Below, one piece after another: positions 1 through 9,184 of a stretch of DNA of 64,000 bases (the first letter of the stretch is position 1; the number at the start of each line of letters is the position of its first letter). The position numbers were made by a program, and so were the translations under genes. The DNA comes from an uncultured Planctomycetia bacterium (GTDB lineage Bacteria; Omnitrophota; Gorgyraeia; JABMRN01; RBG-13-46-9): assembly GCA_964440235.1 (NCBI GenBank), contig CAYTQI010000003.1:1599-65598 (forward strand), written 5' to 3'. Under the pieces are notes generated by a model. It searched no databases, was not told the origin of the DNA, and saw nothing but the letters and a program-made list of their open reading frames with translations.

Positions 1-345
1 TTTCTGATGCCCTATAACGGCTATTTTCTTTCCGTCCACTTTCGCCAGCCCGCACACGATAGCTTTATCATCTCCGTAAAGCCTGTCCCCGTGAAGTTCC
101 ATGAAATCCGTCATGATCAGGTCTATATAATCCAGCGTATACAGCCTTTTAGGGTGCCGCGCTATCTGCACCCTCTGCCAGGGGGTAAGATTTTTAAACA
201 CTTCCTGTTTTACTTTTTTAAGCCTCTCCTCGAGTTTTTTTATCTCGCCGGAAAGGTCGATATCCTCCCTGGAGGTAAAACTCTTGAGCTCTTCTATCTT
301 TTTCTCAAGTTCCAGTATCGGTTTTTCGAAATCCAGTCCGTTCAT
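1..345 (-). CDS. accA: acetyl-CoA carboxylase carboxyltransferase alpha subunit (5' part, runs off window)
   Basis: Not in the ORF track. Manual minus-strand translation from ATG at 345 gives [21 protein letters not shown]...[15 protein letters not shown]...ELHGDR...IGHQK, the AccA N-terminal motifs. Confidence 0.93.
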   Translation of the reverse strand, partial: MNGLDFEKPILELEKKIEELKSFTSREDIDLSGEIKKLEERLKKVKQEVFKNLTPWQRVQIARHPKRLYTLDYIDLIMTDFMELHGDRLYGDDKAIVCGLAKVDGKKIAVIGHQK

Positions 346-352
346 GGCCCGC

Positions 353-1183
353 TCACTCGATTATAGTGACCTCTGTTCCGCCGGGGACAATAGAATAAAG
401 TTCCTCGACGTCTTTATTTTTCATTCGGACACACCCTTTGGTAATATGCCTTCCTATGGAAGATTCGTCTCTGGTGCCATGTATGCCGTATCCGGACGCG
501 GAAAGCCCCATCCAGCGCGACCCAAGTTCGTATTCAGTGGCTCCCGGCTGAACGATAGCCCCTACCTTCTTGTACCAGGGGGGCTTTATGAGCTTTTCCT
601 CTATTTTAAACGTTCCGAGCGGTGTGGAAAAATTTTCTCCCGTGGAAACAACATATGTTTTCACGGTCTCGCCGCCGGGTTTCCTGAGCAGGAGAATATT
701 TTCCGACCTATCCACTAAAATATCGAATTTCGTTTTATTCACTTTTAAAAAATTTCCGGGCATTATAAGATTGCCTTTGATGCCGTTTGATTTTTTTAAC
801 AACTCGACAGTGGTATTGAACCTGGAAGCGATACCTGCCAGCGTGTCACCCCGTTTTATTTCGTAAGATAAGCTATCTTCGACGGGTATATTCGAGAAAA
901 GAATCTTTATATTTATCTTTTCCATGTCTTTACGCGCTTTCGCGGCTTCGGGCCTGTCCGGAAAACGCGAGATAAATTCCTTAAAAGCTTCTTTTGCCCT
1001 TAGGTAATCTTTTTTTTCCAGATAGGCGGCGCCTGCCGTGAAAAGAGTTTCCCTGTTTTCCAGGTCGGCGCGGCTCAGAAGCTCCACGCCCTTGTTGGAA
1101 ACGATTTTTTTCAGGCTGAAAGAAAAGAGAAGTATGACTGAGGCTATGACCGCTATGATTAAGATCAGAAGTTTATTATTCAT
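353..1183 (-). CDS. membrane-anchored L,D-transpeptidase (TPR-like + LysM + YkuD)
   Basis: N-terminal TM, LysM ([13 protein letters not shown]), YkuD catalytic HGT...GCVRM. Confidence 0.9.
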   Translation of the reverse strand: MNNKLLILIIAVIASVILLFSFSLKKIVSNKGVELLSRADLENRETLFTAGAAYLEKKDYLRAKEAFKEFISRFPDRPEAAKARKDMEKINIKILFSNIPVEDSLSYEIKRGDTLAGIASRFNTTVELLKKSNGIKGNLIMPGNFLKVNKTKFDILVDRSENILLLRKPGGETVKTYVVSTGENFSTPLGTFKIEEKLIKPPWYKKVGAIVQPGATEYELGSRWMGLSASGYGIHGTRDESSIGRHITKGCVRMKNKDVEELYSIVPGGTEVTIIE

Positions 1184-1199
1184 TTATGTGCGCTCATCA

Positions 1200-1667
1200 T
1201 TATCCGAATAATTGCCAGAGTAAAAGCGCGCTTATGACGCCACAGGCAATACCGGCAAAAACTTGCACCGGGGTATGCCCAAGAAGTTCTTTAAGCCTGT
1301 CTTCCTGTATGCGTTTTTTCCAGTATATGTCATCCAGAATCTTGTTTAGAACCTCCGCCTGTTTTCCGGTAGCCCGCCTGAATCCCTGCGCGTCAACTAT
1401 AACTATAACCGTGAACGCCAGCGTAACAACGAATATGACGGAATCAAATCCGCACGATAGGCCCACCAGGGCCGCCAGAGCGCTTACCGTCGCCGAGTGT
1501 GAGCTTGGCATACCGCCGGTCCCGACAAACCAGCGAAAATTGAATTTCCTCTCCCGTATGGTACCTATAAGCACTTTTATGCTCTGGGCGATCATCCAGG
1601 AGTAAAGGGTAAACCAGAATATCCTGTTTCCCGCTACCTCAAGCAAGGCCTCTTTTGTGTTCAGCAT
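1200..1667 (-). CDS. divergent PAP2 family protein (DUF212/YuiD)
   Basis: GGMPSSHSA and ELLGHTP motifs. Confidence 0.9.
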   Translation of the reverse strand: MLNTKEALLEVAGNRIFWFTLYSWMIAQSIKVLIGTIRERKFNFRWFVGTGGMPSSHSATVSALAALVGLSCGFDSVIFVVTLAFTVIVIVDAQGFRRATGKQAEVLNKILDDIYWKKRIQEDRLKELLGHTPVQVFAGIACGVISALLLWQLFG

Positions 1668-1729
1668 ATGTTCTCCCGCTTTCTTTAACGTAAGGGAATA
1701 TTATATTATAGAATCATCTTCGGCGCAAC

Positions 1730-3172
1730 TTATTTTCCAATACAGAATTTTGAAAAAATTCTATCCAGCATGTCCGGGCCCGTCGCCTCGCCAAGAATGG
1801 AGCCGAGAAAAAATACGGCATCCCTCAGTGCCAAAGCGGTTATTTCCGGTTTGAAAAGAGAGCCCGGACGCAAGGTGTTTACGGCCATTTTTACGCGTTT
1901 ACGGGCGCGTTCAAGATCCTTTTTATGCCTCAGATTTGTTATAAACGCCGCTTCGGGATGCCTCAGGCGCCCCCTCCAGATTTCTCCCAGTATCGACTTT
2001 TCTATCATGTTCAGATTCTTTTTTTTCAGCACCGAAATTTCCATTATATCGTCTTTTCGCGTAACGCGTTTTACCTTCTTCAAATCAAGCCTTTTCGGAA
2101 GGTCGCTCTTATTGGCGATTACCATGAATTTTCCGCCCTTTATCTTGCTGAATATATCGCTGTCGGCTTTGGACCATGGCTTGCTCGAATCCAGCATGAA
2201 CAGGATAAGGTCGGCTGCCTTTATGTAGGACCTGGACTTTTGCATCCCGCGCCTCTGGACAATATTTCCGCCGGCGGAAATACCGGCGGTGTCAACAATT
2301 CTTATCGGTATACCGTCTAAACTTATTTCCTCCTCTATCGCGTCACGGGTCGTGCCCGGAACCGGGGTAACGATAACCCTGTTCCGCCTCAAAAAAGCGT
2401 TCATGAGCGATGACTTGCCCGCGTTGGGCCTGCCGCATATAACGCACATTATGCCTTCCCTGAGAATAATACCTTTATTCGCGCCGTCAATAAGTTTTCC
2501 CATCTCCCCGGAAATACGCGTTAAACCGCGCGAAAGCGATTTTTTGGGCGTGAACTCTATGTCATCTTCGGAAAAATCGATCCGCGCCTCTATTTCACTC
2601 AAAACGTTCAGAACTTCTTTTTTTAACCGGTTTATTTTCCCGGAAAGTTCCCCTTCCAGCTGGCATAGAGCCGCCTTCATGGAATCCTCTGTCTTTGAAC
2701 GGATAATATCCAGGACCGCCTCGGCCTGGGCGAGATCGATCCTTCCGTTCATAAAAGCCCTTCTTGTAAATTCACCCGGCTGCGCGAGCCGCGCACCCAG
2801 ACTTAAAATAAGCTCCAGCACTTTACGCAAAGGGACTATGCCCCCGTGGCAGTTTATCTCGACGATATCTTCTTTTGTGTAACTTTTTGGCGAGCGCATT
2901 ACGGTGAGTATGACTTCATCTATAACTTCCGCGTTTTTGTCATCGCGAAAAATCCTGCCGGGCCCGGGGCGGTATTTCGGGGCTCGGGGCGCCGCGAAGC
3001 AAATAATGTGGCCGTAGTGCGTAGTGTATGTTTTAGATTCAGAGGGCTTACGCCCGCTTTTCGGCCTGAATATTTTATCAGCCACCGAAAGCGCCCTTTG
3101 GCCGCTCATGCGCACTATGCCGATACCGCCCTCGCCTACAGGCGTTGATATCGCAACGATCGTGTCTTCCAT
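1730..3172 (-). CDS. mnmE: tRNA modification GTPase MnmE
   Basis: DTIVAISTP, GEFTRRAFMNG, GRPNAGKSS, GTTRD, C-terminal FCIGK. Confidence 0.97.
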   Translation of the reverse strand: MEDTIVAISTPVGEGGIGIVRMSGQRALSVADKIFRPKSGRKPSESKTYTTHYGHIICFAAPRAPKYRPGPGRIFRDDKNAEVIDEVILTVMRSPKSYTKEDIVEINCHGGIVPLRKVLELILSLGARLAQPGEFTRRAFMNGRIDLAQAEAVLDIIRSKTEDSMKAALCQLEGELSGKINRLKKEVLNVLSEIEARIDFSEDDIEFTPKKSLSRGLTRISGEMGKLIDGANKGIILREGIMCVICGRPNAGKSSLMNAFLRRNRVIVTPVPGTTRDAIEEEISLDGIPIRIVDTAGISAGGNIVQRRGMQKSRSYIKAADLILFMLDSSKPWSKADSDIFSKIKGGKFMVIANKSDLPKRLDLKKVKRVTRKDDIMEISVLKKKNLNMIEKSILGEIWRGRLRHPEAAFITNLRHKKDLERARKRVKMAVNTLRPGSLFKPEITALALRDAVFFLGSILGEATGPDMLDRIFSKFCIGK

Positions 3173-4464
3173 GTCCGGTTTACTTTCATTTTTTTTATTT
3201 CACCCGCCACGTAAAAAGATCCCGCGGCCAGTATCATGTCGGGCTCTCCCGCCAGGGAACGCGCTTTTTTCATCGCCTCATTCACGGAGTTTGTTAAAGT
3301 TACATTTTTTTTCCCGGCAAAACGCGCGATAACGCGCGGGCTTTCGGCCCGTTTTGTCATCGCCCTTGTCAAAATAACATGGTCGGCCGCGGAAAAAAGC
3401 TCATCGCACACGCCTTTTATATCTTTTTCTTTCGAAATACCGAGTACTAAAATAAGGCGGCGATAACTAAAATTTCTTTTAATTGTTTCTTTTAAGGCCG
3501 CGGCGCTCGCCCTGTTTTGCGCTCCGTCAAGAACGATATAAGGTTTTCTCGCCATTACCTCGCACCTCGCGGGATTCCGGGCCTTCGCCAGCCCTTTTTT
3601 TATCGCCGGGACGGATATTTTTTTACCCAGGGCTTCTATCGCCCCGATTGCGCAGGCGGCGTTCGCTATCTGGTGGCGGCCGAGTAACCGGATAAGCAAC
3701 GGCCCGTAATTTCCGTTTTCGCCCGCAATGTCAAATACCTCGCGCCGCGTATCATGTGAAATTTCGCTGAATTTTATATCCTCTCCCGCCAGAATAAGCC
3801 GCGCGCCAAGGCGCCGGCACCTTTTCCTGATAATATCAATAACTTTTTCGTCCTGCGGCGCGCTTACCGCCGTGGATTTCTTTTTTATTATCGCGCTTTT
3901 TTCCACGGCTATGGACTTAACATCTTCCCCCAGGACACGCGTATGGTCGCGGCTTACCGGAGTTATGACCGAAACAAGCGGGCGCACTATATTCGTCGCG
4001 TCCAGCCGGCCGCCGAGGCCTGTTTCTATAACGCCAAAATCTATTTTTCGCGCCCTGAAATAATTAAACGCGAGAAGCGTGTAAATCTCAAAATATGTAG
4101 GGGTAAATCCAACGTTTTTTTTCGCGAGTTTCTTTTTTATTCCGCCGGCGTGAAAAGCGAGGGCGGCCTTACTTATCATTTCATTATTGACTTTTATTCT
4201 CTCGCGCGGAGTAACAAGATGCGGGGATGTGTAAAGCCCCGCGCGGAATCCCTCCTCCATCAGGACGGCGGATATAAAAGCGGCCACCGAGCCCTTGCCT
4301 TTTGTGCCCGCGATATGAATGGAACGAAAACTTTCCTGGGGTTTATCAAAAAGTTCCGCGAGGCGACGCATTCTCTCCAGGTCAAACGACAGGCTGGCCT
4401 TATGTCCTGTCTTCTCGTAATCTGCAAGAGAATTCAAATACCGGACGGCTTCGCGGTAACGCAT
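3136..4464 (-). CDS. folC: folylpolyglutamate/dihydrofolate synthase
   Basis: HIAGTKGKGS, YTSPHL, ETGLGGRLDATN. Start moved to MRYREA at 4464. Confidence 0.93.
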   Translation of the reverse strand: MRYREAVRYLNSLADYEKTGHKASLSFDLERMRRLAELFDKPQESFRSIHIAGTKGKGSVAAFISAVLMEEGFRAGLYTSPHLVTPRERIKVNNEMISKAALAFHAGGIKKKLAKKNVGFTPTYFEIYTLLAFNYFRARKIDFGVIETGLGGRLDATNIVRPLVSVITPVSRDHTRVLGEDVKSIAVEKSAIIKKKSTAVSAPQDEKVIDIIRKRCRRLGARLILAGEDIKFSEISHDTRREVFDIAGENGNYGPLLIRLLGRHQIANAACAIGAIEALGKKISVPAIKKGLAKARNPARCEVMARKPYIVLDGAQNRASAAALKETIKRNFSYRRLILVLGISKEKDIKGVCDELFSAADHVILTRAMTKRAESPRVIARFAGKKNVTLTNSVNEAMKKARSLAGEPDMILAAGSFYVAGEIKKMKVNRTWKTRSLRYQRL

Positions 4465-4468
4465 GATC

Positions 4469-5026
4469 TCACTTTTCGAGAATGCGAATTTCGGTCCTGA
4501 TAAGGCGCATTTTCTCCCGGAGCCCGTCGAGTGTTTTGCGGAGAGTGGCGATCGTATTTTCAAGTTTTCGCACCCTGTCATTCCAGACGGAAAGCTCGTC
4601 TGAAGAAAGGGCGAGTTCATTTTTTTTCTCCAGAAGTTTTTGTATATTCGCCGCCTTAGCGAGGGAATTTTTTAATTCACCGTGCTTCAAAGCGTATTCG
4701 GAGCGTTTCTTCTCCAGATTCGCGCGCAGGGATTTTATATTCGGCTTCATACCGGCTTCCAGGCGGAGAATCTCGCGTTTAAGATCATTTTTTTTATCCC
4801 GCAAACTTATTTTAAGAGCGCGCATTTTTTTGGCGGTATCGCTTTTTTTCTTCCGGTAGGAATCTTTTAAATCCGATATTTTTAACGCTATCTCTTTTTT
4901 CTTTTTTAAATCCTTCTCGAAAGAAGGGTCTTTTTTAAGAATTTCATTGATCCTGTTTTCGTTTACCCCGCCGCATCCCGCGAGAAAAATAAAAGTTATC
5001 AAAAATATGAAACTTGCCAGTCGCAT
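4469..5026 (-). CDS. coiled-coil lipoprotein, function unknown
   Basis: Signal peptide with lipobox FLAGC, followed by a long Lys/Leu-rich heptad helix. Start moved to MRLASF. Confidence 0.7.
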   Translation of the reverse strand: MRLASFIFLITFIFLAGCGGVNENRINEILKKDPSFEKDLKKKKEIALKISDLKDSYRKKKSDTAKKMRALKISLRDKKNDLKREILRLEAGMKPNIKSLRANLEKKRSEYALKHGELKNSLAKAANIQKLLEKKNELALSSDELSVWNDRVRKLENTIATLRKTLDGLREKMRLIRTEIRILEK

Positions 5027-5087
5027 AACCAACCTATTCCGGATCCGGGATACGCTTGTTTCCCCCGCCGGGGCCTTCCGCGAATCT

Positions 5088-6107
5088 CTATACGCTGAAC
5101 CTGAAGTCAACTACATCCCCATCCCGTATTGTATACTCTTTCGGCTCTAATTTCAACAACCCTTTTTTCTTCGCGTTCTGCATCGATCCGCATGACACTA
5201 AATCATCAAAACCGATAATCTCGGCTTTTATGAATCCCTTCTGTATGTCCGAGTGTATTTTTCCGGCCGCCAAAAAAGCGGATGTGCCTGCTTTCAGGGG
5301 CCAGGCTTTTGCCTGACCCCCCTTAACCGTAAAAAATGTTATATATCCGAGTGAGTCGTAAGCGCGCCTGATTATCTTTTCAGGCGTTTTTTTCTCAAAA
5401 CCCATTTCCCCGAGAAACAGTTCTTTTTCTTTTTCGTCGAGATCGGCGATTTCGGATTCGAGCTTCGCGCAGAATTCGCTGTATTCAATTTTTTTTTCGC
5501 GGCAAAGTTTTTCTACTTTTTCCGTTAAGCGCCCGGATGCGCGATTTTCTTCTGTATTGGCGAGAATAAAAACGGGTTTTCTGCTTAAAAATTGAAAACC
5601 GCGAATTTCTTTTTCCGGGCCCGCTTTTAATTCCAGTTCCCTGAGCGGCTTATTTTTTTCAAGAAAATCCCTGCATAAAAGCAGTGTCTCGCGTTCCGCC
5701 AGGGCCTCCGCGGGCGGGTTGGGGACTTTTAGCTCCTTCTCCATGGTCCCCAGCCTGTTGTTGATTATTTCCAGGTCGCTCAGCATGAATTCTGTTTCCA
5801 CGTTTTCGATATCTTTGGCCGGGTCCCTGCCGGAAAAAAGGCCCAGAACCTCCATGACAGCGTCCGCTTTCTTGATCTGCGGAAGATAAAAACCGGGGAG
5901 ATCCTCAAAAGTAATTTCGGCGGGCGTGAGTTTTTTCGGGTTAAAAATAGATTTTAATTTTTCGAGCCTGGAATCGGGAATTTTTACGGCACCGAGGCGC
6001 GGTTTGGTGGGGTCGTGGTTTTGAGCCTCTTCTTTTTTCTTCCGCGTAATCGCTTTAAAACAGGTCGACTTACCGCATCCCGAAAAACCGATTATCGCGA
6101 TTTTCAT
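5088..6107 (-). CDS. ychF: YchF-like ATPase/GTPase (DUF933 C-terminus)
   Basis: GFSGCGKST, DLPG, AGKIHSDIQKGFIKAE, YTIRDGDVVDFRF. Start moved to MKIAII. Confidence 0.85.
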   Translation of the reverse strand: MKIAIIGFSGCGKSTCFKAITRKKKEEAQNHDPTKPRLGAVKIPDSRLEKLKSIFNPKKLTPAEITFEDLPGFYLPQIKKADAVMEVLGLFSGRDPAKDIENVETEFMLSDLEIINNRLGTMEKELKVPNPPAEALAERETLLLCRDFLEKNKPLRELELKAGPEKEIRGFQFLSRKPVFILANTEENRASGRLTEKVEKLCREKKIEYSEFCAKLESEIADLDEKEKELFLGEMGFEKKTPEKIIRRAYDSLGYITFFTVKGGQAKAWPLKAGTSAFLAAGKIHSDIQKGFIKAEIIGFDDLVSCGSMQNAKKKGLLKLEPKEYTIRDGDVVDFRFSV

Positions 6108-6129
6108 CTCGCCCGCAATGACAGGTTGC

Positions 6130-8412
6130 TTATCCGCACTTAGAATAACCGCAGGACCTGCAAACCATGCACCCCTCGACATGCCACAGCGCCCCTCCGC
6201 AATCCGGGCACACGCCGACAACACTCGCCATTTTCTTCTTTGCGGTTACACCGGCCGGGGCGGCCCCGAAAAGCGGCCCCGTAACCGAAGGCGGGCCATC
6301 TTTTTCTTCTCTCTTCGCCTTTACCAGGCGCCTTTCCATAACGCGCGCTATGGCGTCACTGCAGGAAAATATCCTTCCGCCCTTTTCCCAGCTCGGCGCC
6401 GGGCACCTTATCCCCTTTAACTGCTCGATGATAGAAAGTATTTCTATGCCGCTTCGCAGGGCGAGAGAAAGAAGCCTGCCGATAGCCTCGAGCTGGCTCA
6501 TCGCGCATCCGCCGGCTTTTCCCATCTGCATAAACACCTCAAAAGGCAACCCGTTCTCGTCCTCGTTTATGGTAACATAAAGATTGCCACAGCCTGTCGC
6601 GATTTTTGTGGTGGTCCCGTATATAACGTCGGGCCTCGGGCGGGGAACTATTTTCGAAACGGTCACGGCGGTTTCTTTCTCTTTCTCTTTCTCTTTCTCT
6701 TTCTCAATATTTAATACCTGTTCCTGCCGCGACTTGTCCCTGTAGACGGTAACGCCTTTGCATCCGGCCCTGTGCGCCAGCAGATAAGCCTGTTTTATGT
6801 CTTCCTCGGTGCTTTTGTTAGGAAAATTTATCGTCTTTGAAACAGCGTTATCCGTATGTTTTTGGAACGCGGCCTGTATTTTTATGTGCCATTCGGGGGA
6901 TATGTCATGGGACGTAACGAAAATTCTTTTTACATCATCGGGAATTTCTTTAAAATCCTGTATACTGCCTTTGACGGCTATTTTTTTGAGAAGCTCCTCG
7001 CTCCAGAATCCCCTTTCTTCGGCTATTTTTTTAAAAGCGCCGTTGATCTCGGGAAGCCTGTCTTTATCCATCACCTCTTTGTAGTAAACAAGGGCGAAAA
7101 TCGGCTCTATCCCGCTGGAGCAATCCGCGATAATACTCAAAGTTCCCGTCGGAGCGATAGTGGTTAATGTGGCGTTTCTCAGATTCGGTCCGTTCGGACT
7201 GTTATACACGCTTTTTTTGATATTCGGGAAAGCCCCTCTTTCCCGCGCCAGCTCGCAGGACGCTTTTTTTGCCTCGTTTAAAATAAAACTCATGACTTTA
7301 TCGGCCGTGAATACGGCCTCATCCGAGTTATAAGGTATGCCCAATTCGACAAGCATGTCCGCGAAACCCATAACGCCAAGCCCTATCTTGCGGTTGGCCT
7401 TTGTTATTTTCTCGATTTTCTTCAGCGGAAATTTGTTCATGTCAATAACATTATCGAGAAAATGAACGGCCGTTTTCACGATCCTGGCGAGTTTTTCCAT
7501 GTTGATTTTCCCGTTCGAGACTATCCGGGAAAGATTTATCGAAGCCAGGTTGCACGATTCATGGGGTAAAAGCACCTGCTCGCCGCAGGGATTTGTTGAT
7601 TCATATAATCCGACCTTCGGCGTCGGATTGAATTCATTCATCTTATCGATGAATATAATTCCCGGCTCACCGTTTTTCCACGCCATTTTTACTATGAGAT
7701 CGAAAACCTCGCGGGCGTTTAACCTTGTGACGGATTTTTTGCTGCGGGGATCCACAAGGTCATAATCTTCGCCCGACTCCACCTTTTCCATGAAGTCCTC
7801 GGTAACGGCTACCGAAATGTTGAAATTATTTATCGCTTTGTCGCTTTCCTTGCAGGTAATAAATTCCAGAATATCAGGGTGGTCAACGCGCAGTATACCC
7901 ATGTTGGCCCCGCGGCGGGTTCCCCCCTGCTTTACGGCTTGTGTTGCCGCGTCAAAAACTTTTAAAAATGATACCGGGCCGCTGGCCACGCCTCCGGTTG
8001 AACGCACCTGGCTGCTTTTGGATCGCAAACGTGAAAAGGAAAATCCTGTTCCGCCTCCCGACTTATGAATCATGGCCGTATCTTTGATGGTTTCAAATAT
8101 CGATTCCATCGAATCCTCTATCGGCAGCACAAAACAGGCGCTTAATTGCTGCAGGTCCCTGCCGGCGTTCATGAGAGTAGGCGAATTGGGTAAAAATTCC
8201 AGGGCGGTCATCGCGTTATAAAATTTTTCTCTTGTTTCCTGAAGGCCTTTTCCGGACGCGTACAATTTGTCCGCGAAAGCAATGTTTTCGGTCACTCGCA
8301 GGAACATTTCCTCCGGCGTCTCGGAGACTTCGCCTTTTTCGTTTTTCGCGAGATACCTTTTTCTGAGAACCTTTACGGCGTTTTCTGAAAGACGTAAATT
8401 TTTATTTTTCAT
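6130..8412 (-). CDS. nrdJ: adenosylcobalamin-dependent (class II) ribonucleotide reductase
   Basis: PNSPTLMNAG, TNPCGE, APTGT, C-terminal TSCPD domain and Zn ribbon (CPDCG...CRSCGYSKC). Confidence 0.95.
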   Translation of the reverse strand: MKNKNLRLSENAVKVLRKRYLAKNEKGEVSETPEEMFLRVTENIAFADKLYASGKGLQETREKFYNAMTALEFLPNSPTLMNAGRDLQQLSACFVLPIEDSMESIFETIKDTAMIHKSGGGTGFSFSRLRSKSSQVRSTGGVASGPVSFLKVFDAATQAVKQGGTRRGANMGILRVDHPDILEFITCKESDKAINNFNISVAVTEDFMEKVESGEDYDLVDPRSKKSVTRLNAREVFDLIVKMAWKNGEPGIIFIDKMNEFNPTPKVGLYESTNPCGEQVLLPHESCNLASINLSRIVSNGKINMEKLARIVKTAVHFLDNVIDMNKFPLKKIEKITKANRKIGLGVMGFADMLVELGIPYNSDEAVFTADKVMSFILNEAKKASCELARERGAFPNIKKSVYNSPNGPNLRNATLTTIAPTGTLSIIADCSSGIEPIFALVYYKEVMDKDRLPEINGAFKKIAEERGFWSEELLKKIAVKGSIQDFKEIPDDVKRIFVTSHDISPEWHIKIQAAFQKHTDNAVSKTINFPNKSTEEDIKQAYLLAHRAGCKGVTVYRDKSRQEQVLNIEKEKEKEKEKETAVTVSKIVPRPRPDVIYGTTTKIATGCGNLYVTINEDENGLPFEVFMQMGKAGGCAMSQLEAIGRLLSLALRSGIEILSIIEQLKGIRCPAPSWEKGGRIFSCSDAIARVMERRLVKAKREEKDGPPSVTGPLFGAAPAGVTAKKKMASVVGVCPDCGGALWHVEGCMVCRSCGYSKCG
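6676..6705. repeat. (TTTCTC)x5 microsatellite encoding (EK)5 in the NrdJ linker
   Basis: Read directly from the sequence. Confidence 0.85.
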
Positions 8413-8437
8413 ATTTCATTCCCTCCGTTTGAAGGCA

Positions 8438-8465
8438 AGTATATCACAGAAAATAAATTTGTCAA
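8438..8465 (-). promoter_or_regulatory. sigma70-type promoter of nrdJ
   Basis: TTGACA-16 nt-TATACT on the minus strand. Confidence 0.7.
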
Positions 8466-8472
8466 GGGGAAA

Positions 8473-8520
8473 ACACAACATATCGTGGTTGTCGACATGA
8501 AAAACTACTATTTGTGGTGT
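8473..8520. promoter_or_regulatory. tandem NrdR boxes
   Basis: ACACAACATATCGTGG (8473-8488) and reverse-strand ACACCACAAATAGTAG (8505-8520) resemble acaCwAtATaTwGtg. They are 32 bp apart and lie directly upstream of nrdJ. Confidence 0.85.
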
Positions 8521-8543
8521 TTATGAATGGAATTTTTAGCGGG

Positions 8544-8735
8544 CTATTTCCGGCTTTTCAGCGTATCTTTTAACTCGCTTAATCCGGCAAAAATCGCGAT
8601 AAGCCCGCCGGCTATAAGCAGGGCCGGTATGCCGGCTCTCAGCATAAAAAGAAATTCGTACCACCAGGCAATGAGCATAATAAGCCCCACAAAAACTGAC
8701 AGGGCGCCTATCGCGATACTTAAAGTCTTACCCAT
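8544..8735 (-). CDS. small two-TM membrane protein
   Basis: 63 aa hydrophobic ORF with RBS (GAGG) and its own promoter-like TTGTCA...TATACT. Confidence 0.75.
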   Translation of the reverse strand: MGKTLSIAIGALSVFVGLIMLIAWWYEFLFMLRAGIPALLIAGGLIAIFAGLSELKDTLKSRK

Positions 8736-8799
8736 TTTCTACCTCAACTTTCAAGCAATAAAAGTATACCACAATCCGCAAAAATGACAAGTTTTTTTA

Positions 8800-9180
8800 C
8801 TAATAATACTCGCTCATGAAACTGTTTATGATGTCCTCGCGCGTTACCGCCCCCACTACTTTTTTGTTTCGTGTGACGGGAATACGCCTGAAGGCATTTT
8901 CCGTGAAAATTTTTGAAACATATTCAAGCGAATCGTTTTCCTTTACCGAACAAACCATTTTTGTCATGATATCTTCGGCGGTAAGCTTCATGAAATTCTC
9001 CGATCCCATAGCCCTTATGATATCCTGCTCGGAAACAACGCCCAAAAGGGCGCCCCTGCTATCCGTGACGGGCATGTTACTTATCTTTTTTTCCGTGAGA
9101 ATTTTGCTGATATGCCGAATGGGCTCATGGATTTTAGCGACAATGATTTCCTTCTTCATGATGTCCCTTACGTAAGGCAT
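8800..9180 (-). CDS. CBS-pair protein
   Basis: VRDIM...MPVTD...GVVSEQDI...AEDIMT tandem CBS pattern. Confidence 0.9.
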   Translation of the reverse strand: MPYVRDIMKKEIIVAKIHEPIRHISKILTEKKISNMPVTDSRGALLGVVSEQDIIRAMGSENFMKLTAEDIMTKMVCSVKENDSLEYVSKIFTENAFRRIPVTRNKKVVGAVTREDIINSFMSEYY

Positions 9181-9184
9181 AATA

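Noticed and set aside
7-366. + strand 119-aa ORF, and most other + strand ORFs in the track
   Set aside because: They are antisense shadows of well-supported minus-strand genes (here accA) and show no recognisable motifs.
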